A stretch of 64,000 nucleotides of DNA, taken from a virus. Below are positions 9,212-18,031 of the stretch, piece by piece. A model generated the notes under the pieces. That model was not told the DNA's origin and made no database searches. It was given only the letters and a program-made list of their open reading frames with translations. The first letter of the stretch is position 1, and the number at the start of each line of letters is the position of its first letter. The position numbers were made by a program, and so were the translations under genes. The stretch is from IMG/VR virus record IMGVR_UViG_3300045988_161338, positions 1 to 64,000 of that record; one strand, written 5' to 3'.

Positions 9212-9685
9212 ATGGAAAACTATGATGAATTGTTCAGAAAGATGGTGGCTGTGCTTGTGGGGTGCGTGCTCTGCTGGCTTATAGGCCACCTGTTTGCGAG
9301 CTGTTCGCCGGGCAGACAGGTGACAGGCAGCTCTTCTCACAGGGTGGACACGGTGTATGCCATAAACACTGTGAGGGACACGGCACGGGTCAGCGACTCG
9401 GTGATCGTGAGGGTGACAGCAAAGGGCGACACGGTGTATAAGACCAAAGAGACGTGGCGAGAAAGAGAGAGGGTGAGGTGGCGCGTCGACACGGTGTATA
9501 AGGCAGCTGTGAGGACGGACACAATAAGGGTTCCTGTTGCAGTGGAACGGAAGGTGCCGTTGTGGGAGCGCGTGGTATATAATATAGATACCGTTTTCAA
9601 GATTTTAGGGCCGATGTGTCTGATAGGTTTTATATTGTATATATGTGCGTGGGCGCGTGGACGGTTGACGAGAAGAAAAGAATAA
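9212..9685 (+). CDS. candidate unimolecular spanin / lysis accessory protein
   Basis: N-terminal signal with a lipobox-like LFASC, four (V/I)DTV(Y/F) repeats, and a C-terminal TM helix (ILGPMCLIGFILYICAW). Sits immediately after the endolysin. Confidence 0.45.
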   Translation: MENYDELFRKMVAVLVGCVLCWLIGHLFASCSPGRQVTGSSSHRVDTVYAINTVRDTARVSDSVIVRVTAKGDTVYKTKETWRERERVRWRVDTVYKAAVRTDTIRVPVAVERKVPLWERVVYNIDTVFKILGPMCLIGFILYICAWARGRLTRRKE

Positions 9686-9739
9686 AGATAAATGCTCATT
9701 TCTTAATTTTTTAAAAGGTTGTTAATTGTTAGGTTTTGG

Positions 9740-9780
9740 CCTTTCCTGTCCGTGAGGATGGGAAAGGTTTTTGTTTTTTT
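9740..9780 (+). terminator. intrinsic terminator after the lysis cassette
   Basis: Stem CCTTTCC/GGAAAGG followed by a 13-nt T-rich tract. Confidence 0.7.
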
Positions 9781-9901
9781 GTGTGCGGTAACATGTTACG
9801 ATATGTAAGTTGACGGAAAAATTTTGAAAACTTAACAACATTTTACTTGATTACATACTGACAAATTGCTATATTGCAAAATATTACATAAAACAACGAC
9901 T

Positions 9902-10423
9902 ATGACAAAAGAAGAGCAAGAAGAGACAATGGAGCTGCTGAAAGGCAGGGACGTCAGCGATGTGTTGGGTGTGCTGATGCACACAGGTAACAGATATTCG
10001 AGGAGGACGCTACGGTTCTTCAGATGGTTCTGCAAGTGGGTGCCAGTGATGATAATGCTGTTTCACATGTACGGCATGTGGGATTTCGGGCACAGCCCGC
10101 GCGAGATGTTTTTAGTGCATGAAGAGAACGCGGCGTGCTACGCCTTTATATACTTCATGGTTTACATTTTGCCGTTGGTCACAGTGTTGGCCTCGCGGTT
10201 CTTTTTCCTGTGCTGGCGTTACAGGATTCCGTTCTTCTATCTGTTTGGCGTAAACGCCATACACATGTGCTACTGGTCATGGTACACGACCAACGCTATG
10301 GTGATGCCTCACTATTGTCTTACGGTGATGGTGCTGACGCTTTACCTCTACGGGTTTGCCGATGACTTTATAAACAGGACGCGGATAGGAAGACGCTTAT
10401 TTAACTCACGAGGTGCAAGATGA
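9902..10423 (+). CDS. multi-pass membrane protein
   Basis: ATG at 9902 within the listed ORF 9866-10423 (TTG). Acidic N-terminus followed by 4-5 hydrophobic helices. Confidence 0.55.
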   Translation: MTKEEQEETMELLKGRDVSDVLGVLMHTGNRYSRRTLRFFRWFCKWVPVMIMLFHMYGMWDFGHSPREMFLVHEENAACYAFIYFMVYILPLVTVLASRFFFLCWRYRIPFFYLFGVNAIHMCYWSWYTTNAMVMPHYCLTVMVLTLYLYGFADDFINRTRIGRRLFNSRGAR

Positions 10424-10761
10424 AGAAGCTATTTGGTTACAGGCTGCTCGGTCAGCTGTTGCAGGGCCTTGCAGATGCCTGCTATCGCGCCGACGAGCAG
10501 GAGAAGCGCGGCGAGAAGGTCACGGCTTGCGGGATGTCGGACGAAGACATGGAGACGCTGTGTCAGGACATTCTGCCCAACATGATGAACCCGATGATGA
10601 GCACGGAGGAGGTGAAGGACAGGTTAGGCGTGAGCGAGGCGACGCTAAACAGGCTCGTTGCCAAAGGCGAGCTGCCCAACGGAAAGAAGAAGAGACGCGG
10701 ACACACGCGGTACTGGGCGAAATGGGACGTGCTGTGGTTCTTGAGAAAGAAGAGAGGCTGA
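10420..10761 (+). CDS. HTH DNA-binding protein (excisionase/MerR-like fold)
   Basis: STEEVKDRLGVSEATLNRLVAKGELP HTH-like segment. ATGA overlap with the upstream stop. Confidence 0.5.
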   Translation: MKKLFGYRLLGQLLQGLADACYRADEQEKRGEKVTACGMSDEDMETLCQDILPNMMNPMMSTEEVKDRLGVSEATLNRLVAKGELPNGKKKRRGHTRYWAKWDVLWFLRKKRG

Positions 10762-10768
10762 TGGAAAA

Positions 10769-10803
10769 GCGCTCACCTTGGAGACAGGGTGGGCGCGTTT
10801 TTG
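10769..10803 (+). terminator. intrinsic terminator
   Basis: 9-bp stem GCGCTCACC/GGTGGGCGC followed by TTTTT. Confidence 0.7.
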
Positions 10804-10985
10804 TATGGACGTGAGGGAAAATGATATTACCTCCTATCAAGCTAACCGACTGATAATGAAAGGATAACAAAAAGACTGATAGAGTTGTTAACCGTTTGTG
10901 AAGAACTTGCTAACTTTGCCTATGTAACGTTACAGAAAACGAGTTAATAAACCTATTAGTAAAAAAACAGAAAAACATTGTTATT

Positions 10986-11987
10986 ATGGAGAGTAAAACT
11001 TATGTGTTCGGAGAGAACGGCACCAACACTGGCGGCGGTCTTAACAGCGTTTTGGCTATGCTCCCAGCCCTCTTACAGAAGCAGGGCGTAGATCCGGGTC
11101 TGTTAGCCCTTTGCAACGGCAGGGGAAACGGCAACAGCTGGGGTGACAACCTGTTCGCTATCCTGCTGCTCTTTATCATCATGGGCAGAGGCAACTTCTT
11201 CGGCGGCGGTTATGGCGGCGGCATGATGCCCAACGGACAGGGCGGCGTTGTGCCGATGATCAACAACGATGCCAACACGGCTGTGATCATGCAAGCCGTT
11301 CAGCGCAACGGCTATGACGTGCAGAGCTTGGCTACAGCCCTCAACACATCGAGCGACGCTGTGATGGCAGCTATCAACAGTCTTGGGCAGCAGGTGTGCA
11401 ACATAGGCAACCAGATGGGTATGAACACCAACCAGGTCCTTACAGCTCTGATGCAGGGAAACAACGCTATCGCCACCCAGCTGGCAGAGTGTTGCTGCAA
11501 GACGAACAACGCCATCACGGCGATGGACGGCAACGTGAAGCTGGCCATGTGTCAGCAGACGGGAGCCTTGCAGAACGCCATCAACAACGTGGCCGTTGGT
11601 CAGGAGCGTGCGGCTTCTTCCCTTGCCTATGCTACCAAGGACCAGTCTTGTGAGTTAAAAAATGCCATCAAGGACAGCACTCTTACCATCGTCAACGGTC
11701 AGAAGCAGCAGGAGATGCGCGAGATGCAGAACAAGCTTGACGCTCTGCGCGAGGAGAACAGCACCTACAAATCGTCTGCCATGACGAGTCAGATTGTGGG
11801 TCAGGCCATTGCTCCCATCAATGCGGCATTGGCTGGCTTGCAGAAGGAGGTTGGTGCAATCAAATGTGCCCAGCCGGATACGGTGACTGTACCGTACCAA
11901 CCATTTCAGGCTGTTCCTAACTGTGTAGCAGCTCAGATGGGTCTGTACGGTTACAACGCTGTCAACGGTGGCGGTTTTTGGTATTAA
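10986..11987 (+). CDS. hypothetical low-complexity protein (one TM, Gly-rich, N/Q/A-rich, Cys cluster)
   Basis: 333 aa. LFAILLLFIIMG is followed by GGGYGGGMMPNGQGG and then a long N/Q/A-rich region containing CCC. Confidence 0.6.
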   Translation: MESKTYVFGENGTNTGGGLNSVLAMLPALLQKQGVDPGLLALCNGRGNGNSWGDNLFAILLLFIIMGRGNFFGGGYGGGMMPNGQGGVVPMINNDANTAVIMQAVQRNGYDVQSLATALNTSSDAVMAAINSLGQQVCNIGNQMGMNTNQVLTALMQGNNAIATQLAECCCKTNNAITAMDGNVKLAMCQQTGALQNAINNVAVGQERAASSLAYATKDQSCELKNAIKDSTLTIVNGQKQQEMREMQNKLDALREENSTYKSSAMTSQIVGQAIAPINAALAGLQKEVGAIKCAQPDTVTVPYQPFQAVPNCVAAQMGLYGYNAVNGGGFWY

Positions 11988-12004
11988 GCGAGGAGGGCAA
12001 GACT

Positions 12005-12349
12005 ATGATTTGGGGCTATCCTTTTTCATGGGTCAACCGTAGAGGATCGGCAGCTATCGGCTCGACGGGTGTGAAGGTGAACACAGACAACGTGGTGTTT
12101 ACGTTCAAGGACCACGCCTTCGTGAACGCCAGCTACAGAGGCACGATATTTGTGAACCTGATGCAGGCTATCCCGACAGGCACGACGGGCACGCTGCCTA
12201 TCCTCTTTGAGACGAACGGGACGACACAGGCTGTTACCAAATTTAACGGTGCGGCCTTGACCGTGGCCGATATAGCAGGAACAGGCGTATATCAGCTATG
12301 GTTTGAGAGAGACACGAACACCCTTCAACTTATGACGGGTATTGTTTAA
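12005..12349 (+). CDS. hypothetical protein
   Basis: ATG 12005 within the listed ORF 11978-12349. 114 aa with beta-rich composition. Confidence 0.55.
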   Translation: MIWGYPFSWVNRRGSAAIGSTGVKVNTDNVVFTFKDHAFVNASYRGTIFVNLMQAIPTGTTGTLPILFETNGTTQAVTKFNGAALTVADIAGTGVYQLWFERDTNTLQLMTGIV

Positions 12350-12369
12350 CAAATTAGCACTTATTATTT

Positions 12370-12891
12370 ATGTTCAGCGGATTAAGAGAGAACAGCATAT
12401 TTTATGTGCTTGACAAGAGTGGAGAGCCTGTGCTGAAGATAGGACAGGTAGTAAGCGTCAGCAACCCACAGCCAAAATTTCCGACTTACCAGCCTGGTCA
12501 GATGGGCATGCAGGGGATGGAGACCACGGTTGACATCAAGGTGAAGATGCAAGACGGCGAGGCAGAGTTTAAGCAGTTGCCATCGAACGCGCAGATTGCG
12601 AACTCGGGCACCCTTGTGGTGTCGGAGAGCAGAGAGGCCATGCTGTCGGAGGTCGAGGCGTTGCTGAAGATGTCGCGCGACGTTCTTGCGAGCAAGGACT
12701 ATCACGAAAAGGTCGTTGCGAGCTGCGAGAAGATACGCGGTGTGTTGAACCCCCAGATTGCCAAGGAGAAGGCGCAGGAAGAGCGCATAGGGAACCTTGA
12801 GGCAGACGTCAGCGGGATGAAGGGCACACTTGACAACATCGAGAGTATGCTGCAAAAGGCGTTGAACAAGAAGACGAGTGCAAGCTCTTAA
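12370..12891 (+). CDS. hypothetical protein
   Basis: 173-aa ORF co-oriented in the cluster. Confidence 0.6.
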   Translation: MFSGLRENSIFYVLDKSGEPVLKIGQVVSVSNPQPKFPTYQPGQMGMQGMETTVDIKVKMQDGEAEFKQLPSNAQIANSGTLVVSESREAMLSEVEALLKMSRDVLASKDYHEKVVASCEKIRGVLNPQIAKEKAQEERIGNLEADVSGMKGTLDNIESMLQKALNKKTSASS

Positions 12892-12904
12892 AAACACAAA
12901 GACT

Positions 12905-13168
12905 ATGTATATGATAGAGATCAGAGAAGACAAGCTCGACGAGCTTGTGGAGAACGCCGAGAAGATGCTGCGTTACGGCGGCAAGGTGATGTCATGTCTT
13001 GACAGCCTGAGCGGTGAGCGCGGACGGATGGGCCGTAGGAGTCCGATGCCCGACTATCGCGACGAATGGCGCATGGAGCGAGAGCGTGACGATTATGATG
13101 ATGATCGTGAGGGCCGTTACGGCGAGCGCGACGGCAGAGGCTACGGCAGAGGTAGAGGCCGTTACTAA
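12905..13168 (+). CDS. hypothetical protein with Arg/Gly/Asp-rich tail
   Basis: ATG 12905 within ORF 12878-13168. C-terminal sequence DDYDDDREGRYGERDGRGYGRGRGRY. Confidence 0.5.
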   Translation: MYMIEIREDKLDELVENAEKMLRYGGKVMSCLDSLSGERGRMGRRSPMPDYRDEWRMERERDDYDDDREGRYGERDGRGYGRGRGRY

Positions 13169-13246
13169 TGTTTAGTTTTAGTTTAACCGAAGCTTTGGCG
13201 GTGGTGTTTATTGCGCTGCTGCCAAAGCTCATCAAAATTGGGAAAG

Positions 13247-13675
13247 ATGGGAAAATGTAGGATGCCACTGGACGTTTACGACATGAAGCCCGAAGGGATG
13301 ATAGCCTACCTAAGATATAACGGCTATCACTTTAACAAGAAGATGTGTGACTGGGCTGTCGGTCAGATGCGCAAAAAGAGCAAGGCTACGGACGGCGAAG
13401 AGCCTATAGAGCCTATAAGCAAGGACAAGGTGGAGGCGATGCTGGAGACGGCAGGTCTGAAACTTGACAACCTTGTTGGTTATGACCATGTGTATGTTGC
13501 CAACATGTGCAAGGCCGACTTTTGGGGCAGCTCGATCAAGGACGAGGAGAGCATGGCACGCTATGTCAAGGACACGGTGGACGATGTGGACCAGAAGGAC
13601 GGTTTCATCTTTAACAGGTTTTACGCGGACTGTTGCCATGGCGGTCTGCCGATACCGTGGGACGATGTGTTATGA
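13247..13675 (+). CDS. hypothetical protein
   Basis: In-frame ATGs at 13247 and 13262 within the listed ORF 13211-13675. The stop overlaps the next start (ATGA). Confidence 0.55.
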   Translation: MGKCRMPLDVYDMKPEGMIAYLRYNGYHFNKKMCDWAVGQMRKKSKATDGEEPIEPISKDKVEAMLETAGLKLDNLVGYDHVYVANMCKADFWGSSIKDEESMARYVKDTVDDVDQKDGFIFNRFYADCCHGGLPIPWDDVL

Positions 13676-14079
13676 CGAGAAGAAAGATCAGGCTTGACCT
13701 GTATGGTTGGGAGGTGATGGGCTTCGTGGGCTATGACCGCGACGACGCGGCAGAGATATGTGATGCCTTAGAGGCTATTGGCTGTCGTCGGGAAGCCGTG
13801 AGGGAAGCATATCACCACCTCACGCTTGGCAGCGCGGAGAGAGGCTTGACCTACTCGAACGTTGCGGAGCGCAAGAGCGTTGTTGCCGTTGGTGCTTCGG
13901 ATGCGGCAGATGTGGTGAACACGATAGGTCACGAGCTGCTGCACGTTGTGGCACACATCTGCGAGAAGGACGGCATAGACATGCTGGGCGAGGAGCCATG
14001 CTACATACTGGGTCAGCTGTGTGAAGATTTATTTAAGAACTTAAAGAAAGAAGACGATGGAGACAACAAAGATTATTGA
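13672..14079 (+). CDS. putative zinc metallopeptidase-like protein (HExxH)
   Basis: ATG 13672 within ORF 13633-14079. IGHELLHVVAH contains an HExxH motif. Confidence 0.5.
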   Translation: MTRRKIRLDLYGWEVMGFVGYDRDDAAEICDALEAIGCRREAVREAYHHLTLGSAERGLTYSNVAERKSVVAVGASDAADVVNTIGHELLHVVAHICEKDGIDMLGEEPCYILGQLCEDLFKNLKKEDDGDNKDY

Positions 14080-14296
14080 CGCTTTGGCACACTTCAACGA
14101 GGTGTGGAGCGAGGTTACGGGGAGTGTTGACAAGGAAGATGTGTCGGCAAAGGCCTATGACGCCATTTTTGAGGTTGACGATGCTATCGTGAGCCTTGTG
14201 GAAAAGGTGGGAGAATGTGTGAAAGAGATTGCCGTAAACAAGATGTACGGCGGATCGCCTCTTTCGGGCACGCGCAACGGCGCGGGAAAAGAATGA
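14057..14296 (+). CDS. hypothetical protein
   Basis: 79-aa ORF, the last plus-strand gene before the convergent terminator. Confidence 0.5.
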   Translation: METTKIIDALAHFNEVWSEVTGSVDKEDVSAKAYDAIFEVDDAIVSLVEKVGECVKEIAVNKMYGGSPLSGTRNGAGKE

Positions 14297-14301
14297 AAGA
14301 A

Positions 14302-14347
14302 AACGAAATGCGGACGTAGGCTTCTGATGCTACGCCCGCATTTCGTT
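14302..14347. terminator. bidirectional hairpin between convergent gene blocks
   Basis: 12-bp stem AACGAAATGCGG/CCGCATTTCGTT plus inner CGTAG/CTACG pairing. Confidence 0.7.
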
Positions 14348-14356
14348 GACTGGGTT

Positions 14357-15118
14357 TTATGACAGCGGCAAGCCCTTCTTGAGCCTCATGCGGTCTTCTT
14401 TGTCGAGAAGATGCCACTTGTCGGGGTTCTGCTTGAGGGCCTGTTCGCTTGCCCTGTTGAAGATGTGCTCGTCGGTGAGTTTTCTTGCGATGATCTCGTA
14501 GGCGAGGTTGATGTCCTTGGACTGGTTAAAGTTGATGTGCTCCTTGGGCTGATACATCTTTATGAGGGTGTCTGTCGCCCTCTGCCACCAGAACAAGACG
14601 TCGCGAAAGTCGGCCCCGGCGAAGAGAGGGCGGAGGTTGACATGTATCTGCTCATCGAACTTGTCGAAGAGGATGCCGAAGGTCTGCTGTGCCATGCGCA
14701 CGATGGTCAGGGCTGTCTCCATGTGGGCGAGCAGGGCGTGCTCCTGCACGTTGTAGCGTAGGAGCCATGCGTCGAAGGAGAGGCGCAGGGTCTGTATGTG
14801 GCTGCGCATCTCGTCGTCTACATTGTCGGAGAGGTCGAGCCAGAGCTGGTATCTGTCGCCGAGGGTCTGCTGAAGGGCCTTGTCGAGCCTTTCGTAAGCG
14901 AGGAGTGCTTTCTTAGCTGAGCGTTTGATCTCCTGCCTGTAGGCAGGGTGCTGACGCAGGAAGGCGTGGGCATCGACCATGGCCGACTGTGCCACGTTGT
15001 AGATGGACGCCATGGCGACGTAGAAGAGCGAGCAGCAGCGGTCGATGTTGCCCAATGTCTTTTGCTTTGCCTCTGCCGTGAGGGCAAAGGCGTTTACTGA
15101 CGGTGGTGTGTCTGTCAT
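14357..15118 (-). CDS. hypothetical protein
   Basis: 253-aa ORF, last gene of the minus-strand block. Confidence 0.65.
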   Translation of the reverse strand: MTDTPPSVNAFALTAEAKQKTLGNIDRCCSLFYVAMASIYNVAQSAMVDAHAFLRQHPAYRQEIKRSAKKALLAYERLDKALQQTLGDRYQLWLDLSDNVDDEMRSHIQTLRLSFDAWLLRYNVQEHALLAHMETALTIVRMAQQTFGILFDKFDEQIHVNLRPLFAGADFRDVLFWWQRATDTLIKMYQPKEHINFNQSKDINLAYEIIARKLTDEHIFNRASEQALKQNPDKWHLLDKEDRMRLKKGLPLS

Positions 15119-15303
15119 ATTTTTCCTGTTTTGAAGCCGAGCTCTTTCGCTGTCGCGAGGAACAGGAGGAAGCTGTGCCGGCTTAGGGTTATTGTTCGGT
15201 CTTTTATGGTGACGGTGTTTTCTGTTGTCTGAAAATAGAGCGTTGACGATCCTGTGTCGATGTAGAACGTTTCAACGTTGCTTGTTTGTGCTGCCATATC
15301 CAT
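15115..15303 (-). CDS. hypothetical protein
   Basis: 62 aa. 4-nt overlap with the downstream gene. Confidence 0.5.
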   Translation of the reverse strand: MDMAAQTSNVETFYIDTGSSTLYFQTTENTVTIKDRTITLSRHSFLLFLATAKELGFKTGKI

Positions 15304-15305
15304 GA

Positions 15306-15515
15306 CTATTTTGCTTTAACATTATATTTTCCGTCTATAATTTCCACTTCGTAACAATCGGGGCAATAGTGCTTGCCGTTTATTTCTTCCCAGTCGGAAT
15401 AGTCGGAAATATCGGTCTGTGTGTTGCTGAACAGACCTGAACATGTGTCTGTGCCATCAAACGTTTTGCCACATTTGTCACAGACTATTTGATACATTGT
15501 AATCGGTTTGTACAT
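15306..15515 (-). CDS. zinc-ribbon-like small protein
   Basis: CDKCGK ... CPDC pairs of cysteines. Confidence 0.55.
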   Translation of the reverse strand: MYKPITMYQIVCDKCGKTFDGTDTCSGLFSNTQTDISDYSDWEEINGKHYCPDCYEVEIIDGKYNVKAK

Positions 15516-15541
15516 AATTAGTCCTCCCTTATGCAGTAATG

Positions 15542-15772
15542 TTACTCTTCTTTAATTTCGACAGGTTCATCTTCCCATGTAAGCTCTCTTCCGATGAGTT
15601 TCTTAATGGTTCCTTTGGGAAGATTTATGCAACCAGGATATTTGTCATCTGTCCATTCATGTGTAAACACATCATTTTCATCAATCTGGAACACGTTTTT
15701 ATAAATACTTCTATGTGGTTTATTGTTGAATATAAGTTCTTCGCCACCATATCCTACACATATCCATGCCAT
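15542..15772 (-). CDS. hypothetical protein
   Basis: 76-aa ORF in a packed AT-rich early block. Confidence 0.5.
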   Translation of the reverse strand: MAWICVGYGGEELIFNNKPHRSIYKNVFQIDENDVFTHEWTDDKYPGCINLPKGTIKKLIGRELTWEDEPVEIKEE

Positions 15773-15781
15773 AACATTTTT

Positions 15782-16006
15782 TTAAGATAAAGGTTTATCA
15801 TGATTTCCAAATATTATAAAATCAGATATTATGAAACTTACAGCTAACATCGAACCTATAAATGAGGTTAAAATAAACGATATAGACACAAATATATCGT
15901 TTTTAGTTACAGGTTCATAACTTTCATTTTGTATAGAAAGCCAAAATATACTTATACCTAAATTAAGTATACAACAGCTTAAATAAATTATTAAAAGTGT
16001 TATCAT
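15782..16006 (-). CDS. small membrane protein
   Basis: 74 aa with two hydrophobic helices. Confidence 0.5.
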   Translation of the reverse strand: MITLLIIYLSCCILNLGISIFWLSIQNESYEPVTKNDIFVSISFILTSFIGSMLAVSFIISDFIIFGNHDKPLS

Positions 16007-16180
16007 TTATTTACAATGTTCTTTAATAAATTTGGCACATCTTACTGCTTTATTTCTGATAGTCGGCCCCTGGTGTGAAACATTGCCACTGGTAAGCTTG
16101 CTACTAATGCTTTCAATATCCTCAAACCATGAGATGAGCATGTCTTTAAGGTCTTTGTCGATTATATATTCTTGTTTCAT
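16007..16180 (-). CDS. hypothetical small protein
   Basis: 57-aa ORF (MKQEYIIDKDL...) translated by hand. Its stop abuts the next start. Below the track size cutoff. Confidence 0.4.
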   Translation of the reverse strand: MKQEYIIDKDLKDMLISWFEDIESISSKLTSGNVSHQGPTIRNKAVRCAKFIKEHCK

Positions 16181-16182
16181 TA

Positions 16183-16590
16183 TTAGTCCTCCTTTACGCC
16201 GAAGGGTGTGCCGTCGGCGAAAGTGTAGTTATAAAATAAATGGCGATAGCAAAAAGGAGTATCGTTGATACCAACTACTGCACCCTTATCTTTGATAAGT
16301 GTAAGCATACCATATACAGTATCTTCACATTTCAACTTCAACCACCCGAACGGTTGGTGTTTCTGCATCTCTTGCCAGCACTCTTCCGCGTTAACGAACG
16401 GTCGGTACTTTGGCTCTGGCTTGATGCGATACTCTGTATTATTCCAAAATTCAAACTCTTTCATTTCCGTCCATTCATTCGGAGTGTCAGAATCTTTTAG
16501 GCTGCTTGGCTTGGTTCTACACTCAATTACCTTTCCTTCTGCAAAAGCCTGTAGAATAGGATAAAAATATTTAGCTTCTTCTTTTGTCAT
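16183..16590 (-). CDS. hypothetical protein
   Basis: 135-aa ORF. Confidence 0.6.
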   Translation of the reverse strand: MTKEEAKYFYPILQAFAEGKVIECRTKPSSLKDSDTPNEWTEMKEFEFWNNTEYRIKPEPKYRPFVNAEECWQEMQKHQPFGWLKLKCEDTVYGMLTLIKDKGAVVGINDTPFCYRHLFYNYTFADGTPFGVKED

Positions 16591-16972
16591 GTACGTTATT
16601 TATTTTATTTAATGTTGAATCAATAAAATCTACATATCTATAGTTTAATGCAAGTTCTTCTAATAGATATTTTACATCATTGGCAACAAGTTTTGCCATT
16701 TCTTCGGATGTAATAGTAGGATTTGCAGCTAATCTTCCTTGGATAGCTGCAATTGAAAAATCACGCACGAAACTGTCTATTGTCTTCATATAGTGACCAT
16801 AGCAATTCTTGGTAAGTGCTTTTAAATCACTTAACCATACTGCTAATTGTCGATGGTCTAATGAACATTCTTTATTACACTCTGCAAGAGCAGAAGCTTT
16901 TTGTTTACAGTGCTCTATTGCTTCATCTAAAGTCATAGTTTTTTCTTTTTGTAAATCCGTTATTAACTTCAT
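16571..16972 (-). CDS. hypothetical protein
   Basis: 133-aa ORF. An alternative start exists at 16936. Confidence 0.55.
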   Translation of the reverse strand: MKLITDLQKEKTMTLDEAIEHCKQKASALAECNKECSLDHRQLAVWLSDLKALTKNCYGHYMKTIDSFVRDFSIAAIQGRLAANPTITSEEMAKLVANDVKYLLEELALNYRYVDFIDSTLNKINNVHDKRRS

Positions 16973-17135
16973 AGGTTCTATTGCCTACATAAATTCCCTT
17001 GATTGGAACAGATGGGAGCGAGGTTCTTTTCCATTGTCTCAAAGTTGGGTCAGATGTTATGGCTGTCTTGCCTAACACCTTTGCCAGCTTACTTATTTTT
17101 GGAAATTCCTTGAAGGGGTCTTCTTTTGTCGCCAT
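16923..17135 (-). CDS. hypothetical protein
   Basis: 70-aa ORF. Confidence 0.45.
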   Translation of the reverse strand: MATKEDPFKEFPKISKLAKVLGKTAITSDPTLRQWKRTSLPSVPIKGIYVGNRTYEVNNGFTKRKNYDFR

Positions 17136-17138
17136 AGT

Positions 17139-17306
17139 TCAATCCTCCAATTCTATATTATGTTCATCTGCGAAATCCTCTTCTGCCAAGTTGCAATACC
17201 TACCTTCGCAAAGCGTTTCCGGATATGCTCTATTGGTAAAATACTCTCGGCAACACAACTCACAGATGTCGTTTCCATAATTATTTATCAACTCTTCTCT
17301 GTTCAT
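17139..17306 (-). CDS. Cys-rich small protein
   Basis: 55 aa translated by hand (MNREELINNYGNDICELCC...). TAATG junction with the upstream gene. Confidence 0.4.
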   Translation of the reverse strand: MNREELINNYGNDICELCCREYFTNRAYPETLCEGRYCNLAEEDFADEHNIELED

Positions 17307-17461
17307 TATTCATTCTCCTTCCTCACTAAATAGTCGTACATAGGCTTGCGGGTTCTACGATATTCATTGCATATTTTTTCTGCCTCTTCCTTTGTTTCGC
17401 AAGTTGCAACAACACCATCGGGATATGTGTCCCAGTATCTAACGACTTGAAATTTTGTCAT
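17306..17461 (-). CDS. hypothetical small protein
   Basis: 51 aa translated by hand (MTKFQVVRYWDTYPDG...). Confidence 0.4.
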   Translation of the reverse strand: MTKFQVVRYWDTYPDGVVATCETKEEAEKICNEYRRTRKPMYDYLVRKENE

Positions 17462-17581
17462 ATTTAACCCTCCAATAATTCAAAATTTGCTAATTACTTG
17501 TGGATTAAAACCTCTTTGCCTATTTGTGGAAGCTTATCCTTGACAGGAATCCTTTTAGGATATTCACGTTCAACTTTCGAC

Positions 17582-17845
17582 TTATATAACATAATATACC
17601 TCCTTCTCTCTCTTCTTCGCAATCCAATCTTCAAGCCATTTTTTTTGATCTTCTGTAGCTTGATAGCAAGAAGAAATAAATCCATAAAAACGGGTGTACG
17701 GCTCTCTCTGCAATTTTCCTCTTGCGGCATCGGCGTATGCCATAAAATAGACCTCTCCATTTATTCCGAGGTGATGCACCTTGACCAAGGTATCATCGGA
17801 AGAACAAACTATATCTCCAATTTTTAAACTATGTAAATCAATCAT
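17582..17845 (-). CDS. hypothetical protein
   Basis: 87-aa ORF. Confidence 0.5.
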   Translation of the reverse strand: MIDLHSLKIGDIVCSSDDTLVKVHHLGINGEVYFMAYADAARGKLQREPYTRFYGFISSCYQATEDQKKWLEDWIAKKREKEVYYVI

Positions 17846-17896
17846 ATTATTGTTTTTAGGCCCTCTCCACCTGTCACATGGAGAGGGTAATTAAAT

Positions 17897-18031
17897 TTAA
17901 AGATTACCTGATGTCCCGTCCCAAGAATAGACAAACTCTCCTAAGGATTTCCAACCTAAACAATTTTCTCCATGCTTTCTATAATCACAAGTACTATAGT
18001 TTCTGCATTTAAAACAATCTGGTTTACTCAT
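17897..18031 (-). CDS. Cys-rich small protein
   Basis: 44 aa translated by hand (MSKPDCFKCRNYSTCDYRKHGENC...). Followed by the hairpin CCCTCTCC/GGAGAGGG. Confidence 0.4.
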   Translation of the reverse strand: MSKPDCFKCRNYSTCDYRKHGENCLGWKSLGEFVYSWDGTSGNL

